Origin: Thiomicrorhabdus sp.
Lineage (GTDB): Bacteria; Pseudomonadota; Gammaproteobacteria; Thiomicrospirales; Thiomicrospiraceae
DNA length: 64,000 bases
Direction: 5' to 3'
NCBI RefSeq assembly: GCF_041583835.1
Contig: NZ_JBFHFC010000001.1
Span: forward strand, 151,524-215,523
Position 1 is the first letter of the stretch; each line of letters starts with the position of its first letter. Below are positions 53,248 through 63,523 of this stretch, in pieces. The notes beneath the pieces were generated by a model that ran no database searches, had not been told where the DNA came from, and saw only the letters and a program-made list of their open reading frames with translations. The translations under genes and the position numbers were made by a program.

Positions 53248-53961
53248 ATGCAAAATACAGATTACAAAATCGCAATCATCGAAGACGACTCCATTCAAAG
53301 AGAAACCCTGGTAACCGCACTTGAGCAACAGGGGTTTTCAGTCGTCTCTTTTGCCGACCGCCCTTCTGCCGAAGCGTACTTCGAACAAACCTTACCGGAT
53401 CTTGTCATATCCGATATTATTCTTGGACGAGAGATGGATGGCGGTTTTGATCTGGCCAAACATTTGCTCAGTTATAACCAGCCTATTCCAATTATTTTCT
53501 TGTCGGAAAGACAGTCGGAATTCGACATCTATACCGGTCACGCTTTAGGCGCAATCGATTATCTGCCAAAACCGATCAGCCTGAACGTATTAATCGTCAA
53601 GGTCAAAAACCTACTTAGAATTACAACACCGTCAAAAGAGGCTTCGGCCAACAATACAGAAAAGTCATTGATTCCGAACCTGGAAATCGTTCCTAATCAG
53701 TACAAAGCATACTGGCACAACAAACCATTGGATTTAACCGCAACCGAATTTGAAATGTTAAAACAATTCGCAACCAGCGGCGAAGGCGGTGTAGTCACTT
53801 ATGACAGCCTTCAATCGTCCACACAAGGCGTGGTTGAACGCAACACCATCAATACACACATCTGTCGAATCCGTAACGCGTTTAAGAAAATCACTCCTGA
53901 ATTCAACCTGATTCATAACGAATACGGTCGTGGTTACAGCTGGCAAAACAAAGATGACTAA
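53248..53961 (+). CDS. OmpR-family response regulator
   Basis: Receiver domain (IAIIEDD, LVISDI, YLPKP) plus a winged-helix output (TATEFEMLKQF ... RGYSW). ATG at 53248 with an AAGGTGAAGG SD. Confidence 0.85.
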   Translation: MQNTDYKIAIIEDDSIQRETLVTALEQQGFSVVSFADRPSAEAYFEQTLPDLVISDIILGREMDGGFDLAKHLLSYNQPIPIIFLSERQSEFDIYTGHALGAIDYLPKPISLNVLIVKVKNLLRITTPSKEASANNTEKSLIPNLEIVPNQYKAYWHNKPLDLTATEFEMLKQFATSGEGGVVTYDSLQSSTQGVVERNTINTHICRIRNAFKKITPEFNLIHNEYGRGYSWQNKDD

Positions 53962-54007
53962 ACGTATCGATCGGGCCATCATCCGTAGAAACGGCAGCTA
54001 GAGTTCA

Positions 54008-55570
54008 ATGCCTTTCAAGCCATTAAACCTCCGACTATCTATAAGAACAAGATTCTTTATCTTGTTGTTATTCCTGACATTTCTGCCATTTCTAGCTTAT
54101 CGATTCGCTATCGACCTACATCGTTTGCTTTTAAATAATCAGGCGATCGTACAAAAACAAACCGTTGAAAACCTGGCTCTGATCCTACAAAACCGTACTG
54201 ATCTTTGGGCTCTGCAAATTCAATCGGGGAACCCGACTCATCTGACGCACCTAAACCTGCAAAACTCTGTTTTATGGATTGTTAATGAATACGGCCGTAC
54301 GACCTATGTCGTCGGGAACTTGCCGGAAACCGATCACAGCATCGACGAACAAGACGTCTTTACCGCGATCGGTAAAACTTTGATAAAAACCTTTGCCACA
54401 GTCATCCCCTACTCTCTACCCTACCCATATCCTCAAAGCCGAACACCGGAACAAAACCTGATCGTCAACGCCTTGCAAGGTAAAACCATTCAACAATATC
54501 GTATGGATAAAAATCAGCAACCCATATCGTTGATGTCGGCCACACCGCTAATGTTTAAAAACAACATTATCGGCGGCTTGGTTCTCGAAGAGAAAATGGA
54601 AACCTTATTCAGCGACACCCTCGATTATTTCTATCGTCTAATGGGAATTGGGGCTATGATCTTCCTAATCGTCACCATTGGCGCGATTCTTCACACCGCT
54701 TCCGTATCCAACCGTATATTACGACTCGATAACGACGTTAAAAGAACTTTCAATTTGCAGGGTCGACTCAAGGATCATGTTTTTCCGGATCGCTCTCAGC
54801 GCTTTTTCTACAACGACGAACTTTCCGATTTACGCCATCATATTCACGAGATGCTTGGGCAGCTGGCGGCTTACGAGCGGTATCTAAAGCAATTGCCCAA
54901 AACCTTAAGACACGAATTGCACAATCCTTTAAACCGGCTCTCCATGGCTCTGACCTTACTGGAAGAAGAGACTCAAAACACCCAACTGGAATACGCGCAA
55001 CATGCGGTAGTACAACTCAAACAGATCATAGCTTCGCTTTCCGAAGCGACCAGTATCGAAGACAGTTTGAACCAACAGGAACCGGAAGCTTTCCCGATTG
55101 GCGAAATGTTGGAACACTATCTAAAAAACAGTGCGACCTTGCACCCGGAATACCAACTCGTATACCAAAACTGGATTCCTAAAAATGCGATGGTATTAGG
55201 CGACGGATTCATGATCGAACAGCTCATGGACAAACTATTAAGTAATGCGAAAGATTTCAGCGACGGTAAAAGACCGATTGAAGTCACTTGCCGCCAACAA
55301 AATCGTATGATCAGCATCGCCGTTCAAAATAGCGGCCCAAACCTGCCTGCCGGTTATGAAAAACAGATCTTTGACGGTATGACATCAATCAGAACGCTTA
55401 ACCAGGACGATCAAGCACATTTGGGATTAGGTCTGTACATCGTCAAACTGATTACCGACTTCCATAATGGTAACGTCTATGCGGAAAACATATTTCTAGA
55501 CTCGCAACAAACCTTACCCGGCGTGAAATTCACGGTTGAACTACCGTTAATGAATCAAAAACCGGCTTAA
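54008..55570 (+). CDS. Sensor histidine kinase (two TM helices, periplasmic domain)
   Basis: H-box LRHELHNPLNRL, N-box LLSNAKDF, G-boxes QNSGPNLP and GLGLYIVK. Confidence 0.85.
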   Translation: MPFKPLNLRLSIRTRFFILLLFLTFLPFLAYRFAIDLHRLLLNNQAIVQKQTVENLALILQNRTDLWALQIQSGNPTHLTHLNLQNSVLWIVNEYGRTTYVVGNLPETDHSIDEQDVFTAIGKTLIKTFATVIPYSLPYPYPQSRTPEQNLIVNALQGKTIQQYRMDKNQQPISLMSATPLMFKNNIIGGLVLEEKMETLFSDTLDYFYRLMGIGAMIFLIVTIGAILHTASVSNRILRLDNDVKRTFNLQGRLKDHVFPDRSQRFFYNDELSDLRHHIHEMLGQLAAYERYLKQLPKTLRHELHNPLNRLSMALTLLEEETQNTQLEYAQHAVVQLKQIIASLSEATSIEDSLNQQEPEAFPIGEMLEHYLKNSATLHPEYQLVYQNWIPKNAMVLGDGFMIEQLMDKLLSNAKDFSDGKRPIEVTCRQQNRMISIAVQNSGPNLPAGYEKQIFDGMTSIRTLNQDDQAHLGLGLYIVKLITDFHNGNVYAENIFLDSQQTLPGVKFTVELPLMNQKPA

Positions 55571-55830
55571 GCAGCCAACCAACAATAAAACGTAATCGTT
55601 TGTTATTGAAATAAATTCTGGGAAATGACGTAAATATTCAGCGCCTAGAAAAGCTGAATAGAGAAGAAAGATACAAATAAATCCCATCAACGGATGTGAT
55701 TAGAGTGATCCACTCTTACCGGCCCCAGAAGAGCCGGCTGACCATGGCAACCAGACTTTAAATCATTCCTTTTCAAACATAATTTAAAGTCAAACACGGT
55801 TGATTTCAGAAGATTCGATTAAACTCTCGA

Positions 55831-57105
55831 TTAAGGCAATTTAGAGGTCAAGTCTTTGACCTTGCGAACCCATGGAGAAATCCCATACTGCTGCTTAATC
55901 TCTTTGGATCGCTTGTCAGCATCGGCCTTATTTGCATAGCCACCGGTAATCAAAACATAACGAACGCTATCCAAACGTTTTTGAACGACGATTCGAGTAT
56001 CCATCAAACCTTTTTGTTTAACCATACTCATTAAAGTGTCTTTTTCCACCATACTCGCCAACTGCAAAATATAATACTGAGCCGGCTGTTCCAACAACCA
56101 CTTCTCATCCGAACTATACGCTTCAAGCGGTTTAGTATCGATTTCAGCCGGCTTGGGCTCGGCAATCTCATCAACCAGTTTTACAATCGGTTGCTCAATA
56201 CGCGGAACTTCCAAACTAGGGGCTTGCGGCTCAACCGGCTGTTCAACTTTCTCTTCAACGACAACACTTTCTTGCGGTGCTTTTGCATTATCCTTATCCG
56301 CATTCAGTAGAACCTGCTCGCTTAATTCGGTCTTAGGATCATCTTTGGTCAAATGCCTCAAAATAATCTCAAGCTTTTCGTCAATACGTTGCTCTAACTT
56401 CGAAGTGTAACTCTTTAATTTTTCATCTAAAATTGACTCTGTCACCACTTTATCTTTGGCTTCAGAAACAACTCCGGCATTCTCTTCAACCGCTTCCGAA
56501 TCCGACTTTTCGGTAACAACCGATGCCACGACGCCTGCATCCTTGGCAGATGGCAATTGTGTCGGCATAGAATCCAGTCTTGCCAACAACGCCTGCTGTT
56601 GCTGTTGAATATCATCCAGTTGCTTTTCAAGATCCATAACTCGCTGTTCAAGTGCAGTGAACAGTTCAGGCTTGCCGCCGGTAACCAGTTTTTGTTGCAA
56701 TTCGTCCATCGATTGCTGCAAACGCTGGGTTTCGGCTTGACTGCTTTCTTTCACTTCAATAACGGATTTCAGCTCTTTATTGATTGTGGTGTAGGCAATG
56801 TACAGCACACCAAGCATGGTCAATAAAACCGAAAGTAAAATGATGATACCGAAAAAAGAAGTTTTACTCGGAGCCGGTTTAGATGCCGACGCAGTTGAAT
56901 GGCTAGTGGCACTGGCTGTGGAACTTGATGACGGTTTGGTACTGGGCATAACTTCCTCTGCAGCATTTAACCAATCATTTAATGAATGGCCAGTTTCGTT
57001 ATTTTTTTCGCTAGAACGATTTGATGAGATGTTTTGTGCTTGGCTTTCAATCGCTTTTAATAATTCAGCACGTTCTTTTTCTAGTTCTGAGATTGTTTGC
57101 GCCAT
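55831..57105 (-). CDS. SPOR-domain cell-division protein, DamX-like
   Basis: N-terminal cytoplasmic coil, one TM helix, a long E/Q-rich coiled coil and a C-terminal SPOR domain (YYILQLASM ... YVLITGGYANKADADK). Confidence 0.7.
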   Translation of the reverse strand: MAQTISELEKERAELLKAIESQAQNISSNRSSEKNNETGHSLNDWLNAAEEVMPSTKPSSSSTASATSHSTASASKPAPSKTSFFGIIILLSVLLTMLGVLYIAYTTINKELKSVIEVKESSQAETQRLQQSMDELQQKLVTGGKPELFTALEQRVMDLEKQLDDIQQQQQALLARLDSMPTQLPSAKDAGVVASVVTEKSDSEAVEENAGVVSEAKDKVVTESILDEKLKSYTSKLEQRIDEKLEIILRHLTKDDPKTELSEQVLLNADKDNAKAPQESVVVEEKVEQPVEPQAPSLEVPRIEQPIVKLVDEIAEPKPAEIDTKPLEAYSSDEKWLLEQPAQYYILQLASMVEKDTLMSMVKQKGLMDTRIVVQKRLDSVRYVLITGGYANKADADKRSKEIKQQYGISPWVRKVKDLTSKLP

Positions 57106-57197
57106 AAAAATAAGACAATATCCGAGTCAAAATTAGAATTTATTGTAAAATGCTTTATCGTAAAAAGATACATCATAAACGCAAGGATTGATAAAAA

Positions 57198-57344
57198 ATG
57201 CTGGATTTAGACAACATTGGTTCCGCCCTGCTTCTGACCTTAAGCTTACTTGGCATTTCAATCCTGATCGTAGGCTTGGCCATGTGGTGGTTATACCGTT
57301 TTTTCCGTCACGACGATGCCAAATCCAAACAAGAAGAAAAATAA
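57198..57344 (+). CDS. Candidate 48-aa single-pass membrane protein (not in the ORF track)
   Basis: The ATG at 57198 gives MLDLDNIGSALLLTLSLLGISILIVGLAMWWLYRFFRHDDAKSKQEEK. It has a hydrophobic core and a positive-inside tail, with AAGGA about 10 nt upstream. Confidence 0.3.
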   Translation: MLDLDNIGSALLLTLSLLGISILIVGLAMWWLYRFFRHDDAKSKQEEK

Positions 57345-57370
57345 CGATCCGGCTAATCAGCTCACCAAAC

Positions 57371-57748
57371 CTAATCCTCAAATTCGCCTGACAGATACAC
57401 CCAACGACCGTCAGAATCACGAATAAACTCACTTTTTTCGGTCATTTTGAACCGCTCAAGGCCGACTTGATTTTCGGCACAAAACGTCACCCAGCCTTTT
57501 TGATCTTTGGGGCGCCCTTTTTTGGTTTTCAGAATCGTCAATTTCTGCCAGCTTAATCCCGGTTCAAAATCGATTTCGTCGGGTCGTGTGGATTCCGCCC
57601 AAGTTTGCTTCAAATAATCCGATAAACGCTTAACGTAAGCCGTATAGCGCGAGCGCATTAGTTGTTCCGCTGTTTGCGCATACGCTCGGGCATCGTGCAA
57701 CGGTTCGCAACACTCGCCGTAGACTTTGCCCGAACCACATGGACACAT
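57371..57748 (-). CDS. ychJ: YchJ family protein (UPF0225, SEC-C motif)
   Basis: MCPCGSGKVYGECC N-terminal SEC-C motif, as in E. coli YchJ. The ORF is open to 57787, but the ATG at 57748 matches homologues. Confidence 0.75.
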   Translation of the reverse strand: MCPCGSGKVYGECCEPLHDARAYAQTAEQLMRSRYTAYVKRLSDYLKQTWAESTRPDEIDFEPGLSWQKLTILKTKKGRPKDQKGWVTFCAENQVGLERFKMTEKSEFIRDSDGRWVYLSGEFED

Positions 57749-57770
57749 CGCCTTTCGATCGCTTTCCTGA

Positions 57771-59132
57771 TCAATGGAAACGTGCATAAAACTGCCCTTT
57801 TAAACGCCACAACAATAGAATGGCCGCCAGCAATAAACCGATCACGATACCGAACCAGAACCCTTGTACGCCCATCGGCGTTTCGGTAAACCAATTCGTA
57901 AACGCCAAAGCATAACCACCGGCCAAACCGATTCCCCAGTAACTAATAAAGGTCACCACCATTGTCACTCGAGTATCGTGCAACCCTCTCAGGCCGCCGG
58001 CACAAGCAACCTGAACGGCATCAAAGACCTGATAACAGGCAGCATACACCAATAATATACTTGCCAATAACATCACTTCGTTGTCTTTTGAATACACGGC
58101 AACCAGTTGATCGCGCAGTAGATAGGTAAACAATGACATCACAAAACCAAGCAAAGCGGCAAAACCAATTCCCGCGTACAAACTGATTAAAACAGCTTGT
58201 TGATTGTTTTCACCGTATCCTTTTCCGACCCTAACGGTAATCGCCATGGCGATACTTAACGGCAACATGAAAGTAACCGATGTAATGCTGATCGCCACCT
58301 GGTGTCCGGCAATCACCACCGCACCCAACTGGGCGATAAACAGGGCAATAAAACTAAACAGGCTGACTTCAAAAATCAGCGCCAAAGCGTTAGGAACGCC
58401 AAGATTAAAAATGTCAGCAACGCCCTGCTTCCATACCGGCCAACGCAGCTGCTTGAAGTGCACCAGGGAACGTGTAAGCGAAGCGCGCATGACATAGACA
58501 AGACCGACTGCAAACATCAACCACATCGAGATCGCACTGGCCACGCCGCAACCCGCTGCCCCCATCGGTTCGACGATCCCGTAGCCGTAAATGAACAATG
58601 CATTCAGGGGCACGTTCACCACCAATGCCATAAAACTGATCCACATAGAAGGCAAGGTCGTACCCAAACCTTCCCAGAAGAAACGTAACGCCTGATATAA
58701 AACAATTCCGGGCATTCCGAAAGCAATATAAAACAAATAATCGTCGGTCAGAGTGTAAACCGGTTTCGACAACTCCAACCAAACCAAAATACCTTCCAAG
58801 TTCATCAGCACGGTGAGTGAAATGATTCCCAAAGGGATGGACAACCATAGGCCTTGATGAAAATAACGGGTAACGGCAGCCGGATTGCCGGCGCCATATT
58901 GCTTAGACACCAATGGCGTCAACGCCAATAAGATTCCAGTCGAGAAAATAAAGACCGGCAATAGAATACTGGACCCCAAACCAATGGCCGCCAGGTCATC
59001 GGTACCAACCCAACCGGACATAATGGTATCAACCACCCCTAAGGCGGTTAACGCCAATTGAGCAAAAAAAATCGGCAAAGCCAACTTAGTCAGAAGCTTG
59101 CTTTCATCCAGCAGCTGGCGAGCCAAACTCAT
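57771..59132 (-). CDS. norM: MATE-family multidrug efflux transporter NorM-like
   Basis: 12-TM protein. N-terminal LLTKLALPIFFAQLALTALGVVDTIMSG is typical of MATE/NorM. Confidence 0.9.
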   Translation of the reverse strand: MSLARQLLDESKLLTKLALPIFFAQLALTALGVVDTIMSGWVGTDDLAAIGLGSSILLPVFIFSTGILLALTPLVSKQYGAGNPAAVTRYFHQGLWLSIPLGIISLTVLMNLEGILVWLELSKPVYTLTDDYLFYIAFGMPGIVLYQALRFFWEGLGTTLPSMWISFMALVVNVPLNALFIYGYGIVEPMGAAGCGVASAISMWLMFAVGLVYVMRASLTRSLVHFKQLRWPVWKQGVADIFNLGVPNALALIFEVSLFSFIALFIAQLGAVVIAGHQVAISITSVTFMLPLSIAMAITVRVGKGYGENNQQAVLISLYAGIGFAALLGFVMSLFTYLLRDQLVAVYSKDNEVMLLASILLVYAACYQVFDAVQVACAGGLRGLHDTRVTMVVTFISYWGIGLAGGYALAFTNWFTETPMGVQGFWFGIVIGLLLAAILLLWRLKGQFYARFH

Positions 59133-59134
59133 AA

Positions 59135-59632
59135 TCAGGATTTATGTTGATTGGTAAGTGTTTGAACGGATTCTTCCGACTCCACAGACTTATGAGAATC
59201 TTTTTTCTGCTCCGCGTCGGGTTCGATCACCGGCATGGATGGTGCGCTGTTGTCCGGCATCGACTCTTTATTTGATTCATCGATCTGACGCCAATATTCC
59301 TGACCGAACTCCTCTTCCAATTTCGCCTGATCCTCCAGCGAATCGGGCAATTCACCTTGATCTGCCGGAACCACTGCATGAGGAAGCAAATAAATAATCA
59401 GCAGCTTAATAAACCAGTAGATCGTGGCATAAACCACAACGGCAAGCATGAGCACCAATGGAATGCCTAATAACAGGTCGACCATGATAGCCTGACCTTC
59501 AAATAATTTCATTACCAGCTCTTTCTCAACAAAAGCAAAATAGAGCCAGGCAACCACACCCAACCAACTAACGAGTATCACATACCGATTCAAAGCGGGA
59601 TTGATGTGAGAGTTTTTAAATAAACAAAACAT
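59135..59632 (-). CDS. Hypothetical membrane protein with an acidic C-terminal tail
   Basis: Two or three TM helices, then an E/D/S-rich tail. Only 2 nt separate it from norM. Confidence 0.45.
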   Translation of the reverse strand: MFCLFKNSHINPALNRYVILVSWLGVVAWLYFAFVEKELVMKLFEGQAIMVDLLLGIPLVLMLAVVVYATIYWFIKLLIIYLLPHAVVPADQGELPDSLEDQAKLEEEFGQEYWRQIDESNKESMPDNSAPSMPVIEPDAEQKKDSHKSVESEESVQTLTNQHKS

Positions 59633-59654
59633 AGACTTATCGCAATATCCGTAA

Positions 59655-60284
59655 TTATTTCGAGCTTGCTAAGCCCAGTTTTTGAAAAAGCAGCCACTGC
59701 AATCCAATGATAGTGCTGGCTACATTAAATTGACCTTGCAGTAATTGCTGTCTCGCCTGGTTAAAAGGCAAGCGAACGATTTTTATGTCTTCGTGATCTT
59801 CGGCCAATCCGGCATATTCAGGCAAATCAGCGCTATCTATTTCAGCGGCAAACAGATGCAGGATTTCATCACTTCCACCCGGACTTGGATAGAACTGACA
59901 AACATATTCAAGGTTGTCGAGCGTCACACCCGCCTCTTCACGAGCTTCACGATAGGCCGCCTGCTGGGCGCTCTCTCCCAAATCGATCATGCCGGCAACC
60001 GGCTCCAACAACCAGGCCTGTTCGGCTTCACCGGATGCATGTGCATGACCCAAAGCGCCTGCACGGCACTGTTCGACCAATACGGCAACTTGATTATTCA
60101 GATCGTACAGCAAAACCACAACAGCCTGACCACGCCCAAACAACTCACGGCGAATGTTGCCCGTCCAGCCACCCTGATAAAGAGTGTGTTTAAAATCAAT
60201 CAAATCGATTTTAAAAAAACCGTCATAACCACTGTCTATCGACTTGATTTCAAAACGTTTTTTTTCAGTTTTTAACTCAGACAC
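59655..60284 (-). CDS. nudF: ADP-ribose pyrophosphatase (Nudix hydrolase NudF-like)
   Basis: Nudix box GMIDLGESAQQAAYREAREEAGV. About 209 aa. Confidence 0.8.
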   Translation of the reverse strand: MSELKTEKKRFEIKSIDSGYDGFFKIDLIDFKHTLYQGGWTGNIRRELFGRGQAVVVLLYDLNNQVAVLVEQCRAGALGHAHASGEAEQAWLLEPVAGMIDLGESAQQAAYREAREEAGVTLDNLEYVCQFYPSPGGSDEILHLFAAEIDSADLPEYAGLAEDHEDIKIVRLPFNQARQQLLQGQFNVASTIIGLQWLLFQKLGLASSK

Positions 60285-60311
60285 ACTCTTACCCGCCGTA
60301 CTCTAACGAAC

Positions 60312-61382
60312 TTACTGAACTTCAATAATCGGAACCCGCTGGGTAATCCCGCAAAGTAATTCATACCCGATGGTTCCGGCACATTCGGCAATCTCATCGA
60401 CACTCAGGGATTTATCCCCCCAAAGAATCGCCTCGTCGCCAATATGCGCCTTTTTAGAAAGATCGGTCAGATCGACACAGATCATATCCATAGAAACACG
60501 GCCGATTAAAGGCACTCGCTGCCCATGGATCAAAACCGGCGTGCCGCTTGGTGCGTGACGCGGGTAACCGTCGCCGTAACCGATAGCGACAATCCCTACC
60601 TCCGTATCCCGCTCCGCCTGCCAGGTATTGCCATAACCGACGTATTCGCCCTTAGAGACTTTTTTCAAACCGATAATTTCAGAAACCAACGTCATCGCCG
60701 GTTTTAAATGTGGATGGCAACTTTCGCACTGTCCGGCACCATACAACATGATACCCGGGCGTACCCATTGATACTGAGCCTGTTTAAACTCTTGAAGACC
60801 CGCAGAATTGGCAAGACTTTTCGGATAAGAATACACTTTGGTTGTCGATTCGAAACAGTCGATCTGCTTCATCGTGAACGCTTCGGATTCATCTGCCGAA
60901 GCCAGATGTGATATCAAATGAATCTGAAACGCTTTATCACTCTGTTCGAGCTGTTCGACAACGCCACTGACGTCCTCGGGATCAAACCCCAAACGATGCA
61001 TTCCACTGTCAATTTTGACCCAAACATTGATTGCAGCCTGATATTGGGAGTTTAGCAACCAGTCAAGCTGGTGGAATGAATGAACCACCAAATCCAAACG
61101 ATGTTGATAAACCAGCGGAATTTCGGCTTCCGAAAACAACCCCTCCAGCAACAAGATACGGTGTAAAAAACCTTTTTGTCGCAAGACGATCGCCTCGTCA
61201 ATACACGCCACGGCAAAACCGTCCGCAGAATTAAACTGATGTGCGACGCGATTAATACCGTGACCGTAACCATTCGCCTTAATCACTGCCAACACCTTAC
61301 TTTGCGGCGCAAGATTCTTCACGACCTGAAGATTGTGCCGCAAGGCCGGCAAGTGGATATACGCTTTAGCGGGGCGATACAT
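60312..61382 (-). CDS. alr: Alanine racemase
   Basis: AVIKANGYGHG PLP-lysine motif. Conserved position downstream of dnaB. Confidence 0.93.
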   Translation of the reverse strand: MYRPAKAYIHLPALRHNLQVVKNLAPQSKVLAVIKANGYGHGINRVAHQFNSADGFAVACIDEAIVLRQKGFLHRILLLEGLFSEAEIPLVYQHRLDLVVHSFHQLDWLLNSQYQAAINVWVKIDSGMHRLGFDPEDVSGVVEQLEQSDKAFQIHLISHLASADESEAFTMKQIDCFESTTKVYSYPKSLANSAGLQEFKQAQYQWVRPGIMLYGAGQCESCHPHLKPAMTLVSEIIGLKKVSKGEYVGYGNTWQAERDTEVGIVAIGYGDGYPRHAPSGTPVLIHGQRVPLIGRVSMDMICVDLTDLSKKAHIGDEAILWGDKSLSVDEIAECAGTIGYELLCGITQRVPIIEVQ

Positions 61383-61399
61383 ATGTCACGACTCCTAAC

Positions 61400-62866
61400 T
61401 TAATAATGCGCATCTTCAGGAGCGTAAGCGGCATGGTTTTCAAAACGGGTGTACTCTCCGATAAAGGTCAGACGAACCGTCCCCAGAGCACCGTTACGAT
61501 GTTTACCGAGAATGATTTCAGCGATGCCTTTGTCTTCACTCTCTTTGTTATAAACTTCGTCACGATAAATAAAGATGATCAAATCGGCATCCTGCTCGAT
61601 CGCACCCGACTCACGTAAATCCGACATAACCGGACGCTTATTGGGGCGCTGTTCCAGGCTTCGGTTCAGCTGCGACAACGCAATAACCGGAATCTCAAGC
61701 TCTTTTGCCAGAGCCTTCAAACCACGGGAGATTTCCGAAATTTCGTTAACTCGGTTTTCCGCACCCGCGGATCCTCGCATCAATTGCAGGTAATCCACGA
61801 CAATCAAGCCTAAACCGGTCACCTTGGATTCAGGGTTTTCAACGCCTTCTTTAATCGCCTCTTTACGCTGCAAGTCTCGAATATCCTTATCGATACGTCT
61901 AGCGCGAGCTCGCAACTCTGTAATCATTAATGCAGGCGTATCGTCAATGTACACCTTTGCCTGAGACAAGACGTTAATGGCTTTGTTCAGTTTCGGCCAG
62001 TCTTCCTGTTGCAACTTACCGGTACGCATGCGTCCGGCGTCGATCCGCCCGATCGAACTGATCATACGCATCGCCAAGGACTCGCCCGGCATCTCCATAC
62101 TGAATACAGCGACCGGCGTATTATTTTTAGTGGCGATGTTTTCCGCCATGTTCATCGAAAACGTTGTTTTACCCATCGACGGACGACCGGCAACAATGAT
62201 CAGGTCACCTTTCTGTAAACCGGAAGTGATTTCGTCAAACTCCGTCAAATGAGTCGCCTGTCCGGTAATGGTACCTTCGGTATTAAACAGTTCGTCGATC
62301 TTATTAATGGCCGCTTCCAAAAGAACGTCCATGGTTTTGTACTGGCGCTCTTTACCTTCGCCATGTTCGGCAATCGACATGATTTTGGATTCGGCGATAT
62401 CCAAAATCTCCCGAATATCTTTACCTTGCGGAAAATAGGCAGTTTCCGTAACCTCGTTACTTGCCTGAATCAAACTGCGCAAAATAGACTTATCACGCAC
62501 AATTCGAGCGTAATAAAGAATGTTGGCGGATCCCGGCGTATTTTTGACCAACTCGGCAAGATATTCTTTATCGCCGGCCAAGTCAAGTTGACCAACCGAA
62601 GACAAATACTCAACGACGGTAACCAAGTCAAACGGCTTGTTATTACGGCTCAATTCGACAACAGCACTAAAAATCGCTTTGTGTTGTTGAGTGTAAAAAT
62701 CGCCCGCATTCACAACCACCGCAACGTCTTCAAACACATCATTCGAAAGCATCAACCCGCCTAACACAGACTGTTCAGCCTCGATGGAATGCGGAGGAAC
62801 TTTAAACAAGGCATCGGTTGCGTTCTGAGCCGAGCCTGAAATTTGTCTGGTGTTTGTTGAATCCAT
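61400..62866 (-). CDS. dnaB: Replicative DNA helicase DnaB
   Basis: PPHSIEAEQSVLGG, Walker A GRPSMGKT, and DYLQLM. ATG at 62866 with an AGGTGAG SD. The ORF-track start at 62962 is probably too long. Confidence 0.95.
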   Translation of the reverse strand: MDSTNTRQISGSAQNATDALFKVPPHSIEAEQSVLGGLMLSNDVFEDVAVVVNAGDFYTQQHKAIFSAVVELSRNNKPFDLVTVVEYLSSVGQLDLAGDKEYLAELVKNTPGSANILYYARIVRDKSILRSLIQASNEVTETAYFPQGKDIREILDIAESKIMSIAEHGEGKERQYKTMDVLLEAAINKIDELFNTEGTITGQATHLTEFDEITSGLQKGDLIIVAGRPSMGKTTFSMNMAENIATKNNTPVAVFSMEMPGESLAMRMISSIGRIDAGRMRTGKLQQEDWPKLNKAINVLSQAKVYIDDTPALMITELRARARRIDKDIRDLQRKEAIKEGVENPESKVTGLGLIVVDYLQLMRGSAGAENRVNEISEISRGLKALAKELEIPVIALSQLNRSLEQRPNKRPVMSDLRESGAIEQDADLIIFIYRDEVYNKESEDKGIAEIILGKHRNGALGTVRLTFIGEYTRFENHAAYAPEDAHY

Positions 62867-62992
62867 ACTCACCTGTATTAAGGTATTCACAATTGAGAAA
62901 GCGATATTATAGCGGAATGTACAGATGAAATGTTTATGCGCCCGAAAAATAACCGGCGACAAAAAGAAAAGAAAAACGACAAAATTTTAATC

Positions 62993-63030
62993 AAAAAAAA
63001 AGCGACGGTGCAAAACGCACCGTCGCTTTT
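62993..63030 (-). terminator. Rho-independent terminator after rplI
   Basis: 10-bp stem gcgacggtgc/gcaccgtcgc. On the minus strand it is followed by T9. Confidence 0.9.
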
Positions 63031-63053
63031 CATCAAGACAAAAGTCGAGGAAA

Positions 63054-63506
63054 TTATTCCTGAGCGGCTTTGATCTCAACTGTAATTGACGCAACTACAT
63101 CAGTGTGCAACTGAACATCAATTTCGTAAGTACCAACGTGGCGCAAAACACCTTCAGGCATACGAACGTCGCGACGAGCAACTTCGAAACCTGCAGCTGC
63201 CAAAGCATCCGCGATATCCTGAGTACCCACAGAACCGAACAACTTACCTTCATCACCAGCAACCGATTCGATTGTGACAACTTGGCCGTTTAGGTTCTCG
63301 TAAACACCTTGAGCAACCGCCAATTCAGCTGCAGCCGCTTTTTCAAGCTCGGCACGAATTTTTTCAAACTCTGCAACATTCTCTTTTGTGGCTGGCTTAG
63401 CTTTACCTTGTGGAATAAGGAAGTTACGCGCATAACCAGCTTTTACTGAAACTTGGTCACCTAAAGTTCCTAAGTTTTGTACTTTTTCAAGCAGAATAAC
63501 ATTCAT
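63054..63506 (-). CDS. rplI: 50S ribosomal protein L9
   Basis: [37 protein letters not shown]-terminus. Confidence 0.95.
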   Translation of the reverse strand: MNVILLEKVQNLGTLGDQVSVKAGYARNFLIPQGKAKPATKENVAEFEKIRAELEKAAAAELAVAQGVYENLNGQVVTIESVAGDEGKLFGSVGTQDIADALAAAGFEVARRDVRMPEGVLRHVGTYEIDVQLHTDVVASITVEIKAAQE

Positions 63507-63523
63507 AGCTTAAACCTCTTTAT

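Noticed and set aside
55571-55830. Hairpin-rich 260-bp convergent intergenic region (tattcagc/gctgaata; gactttaaat ... atttaaagtc at 55754-55791), considered as a possible small RNA gene.
   Set aside because: I saw no promoter-plus-terminator pair and no resemblance to SRP, 6S, tmRNA or RNase P signatures. The hairpins are most simply transcription stops for the convergent kinase and SPOR genes.
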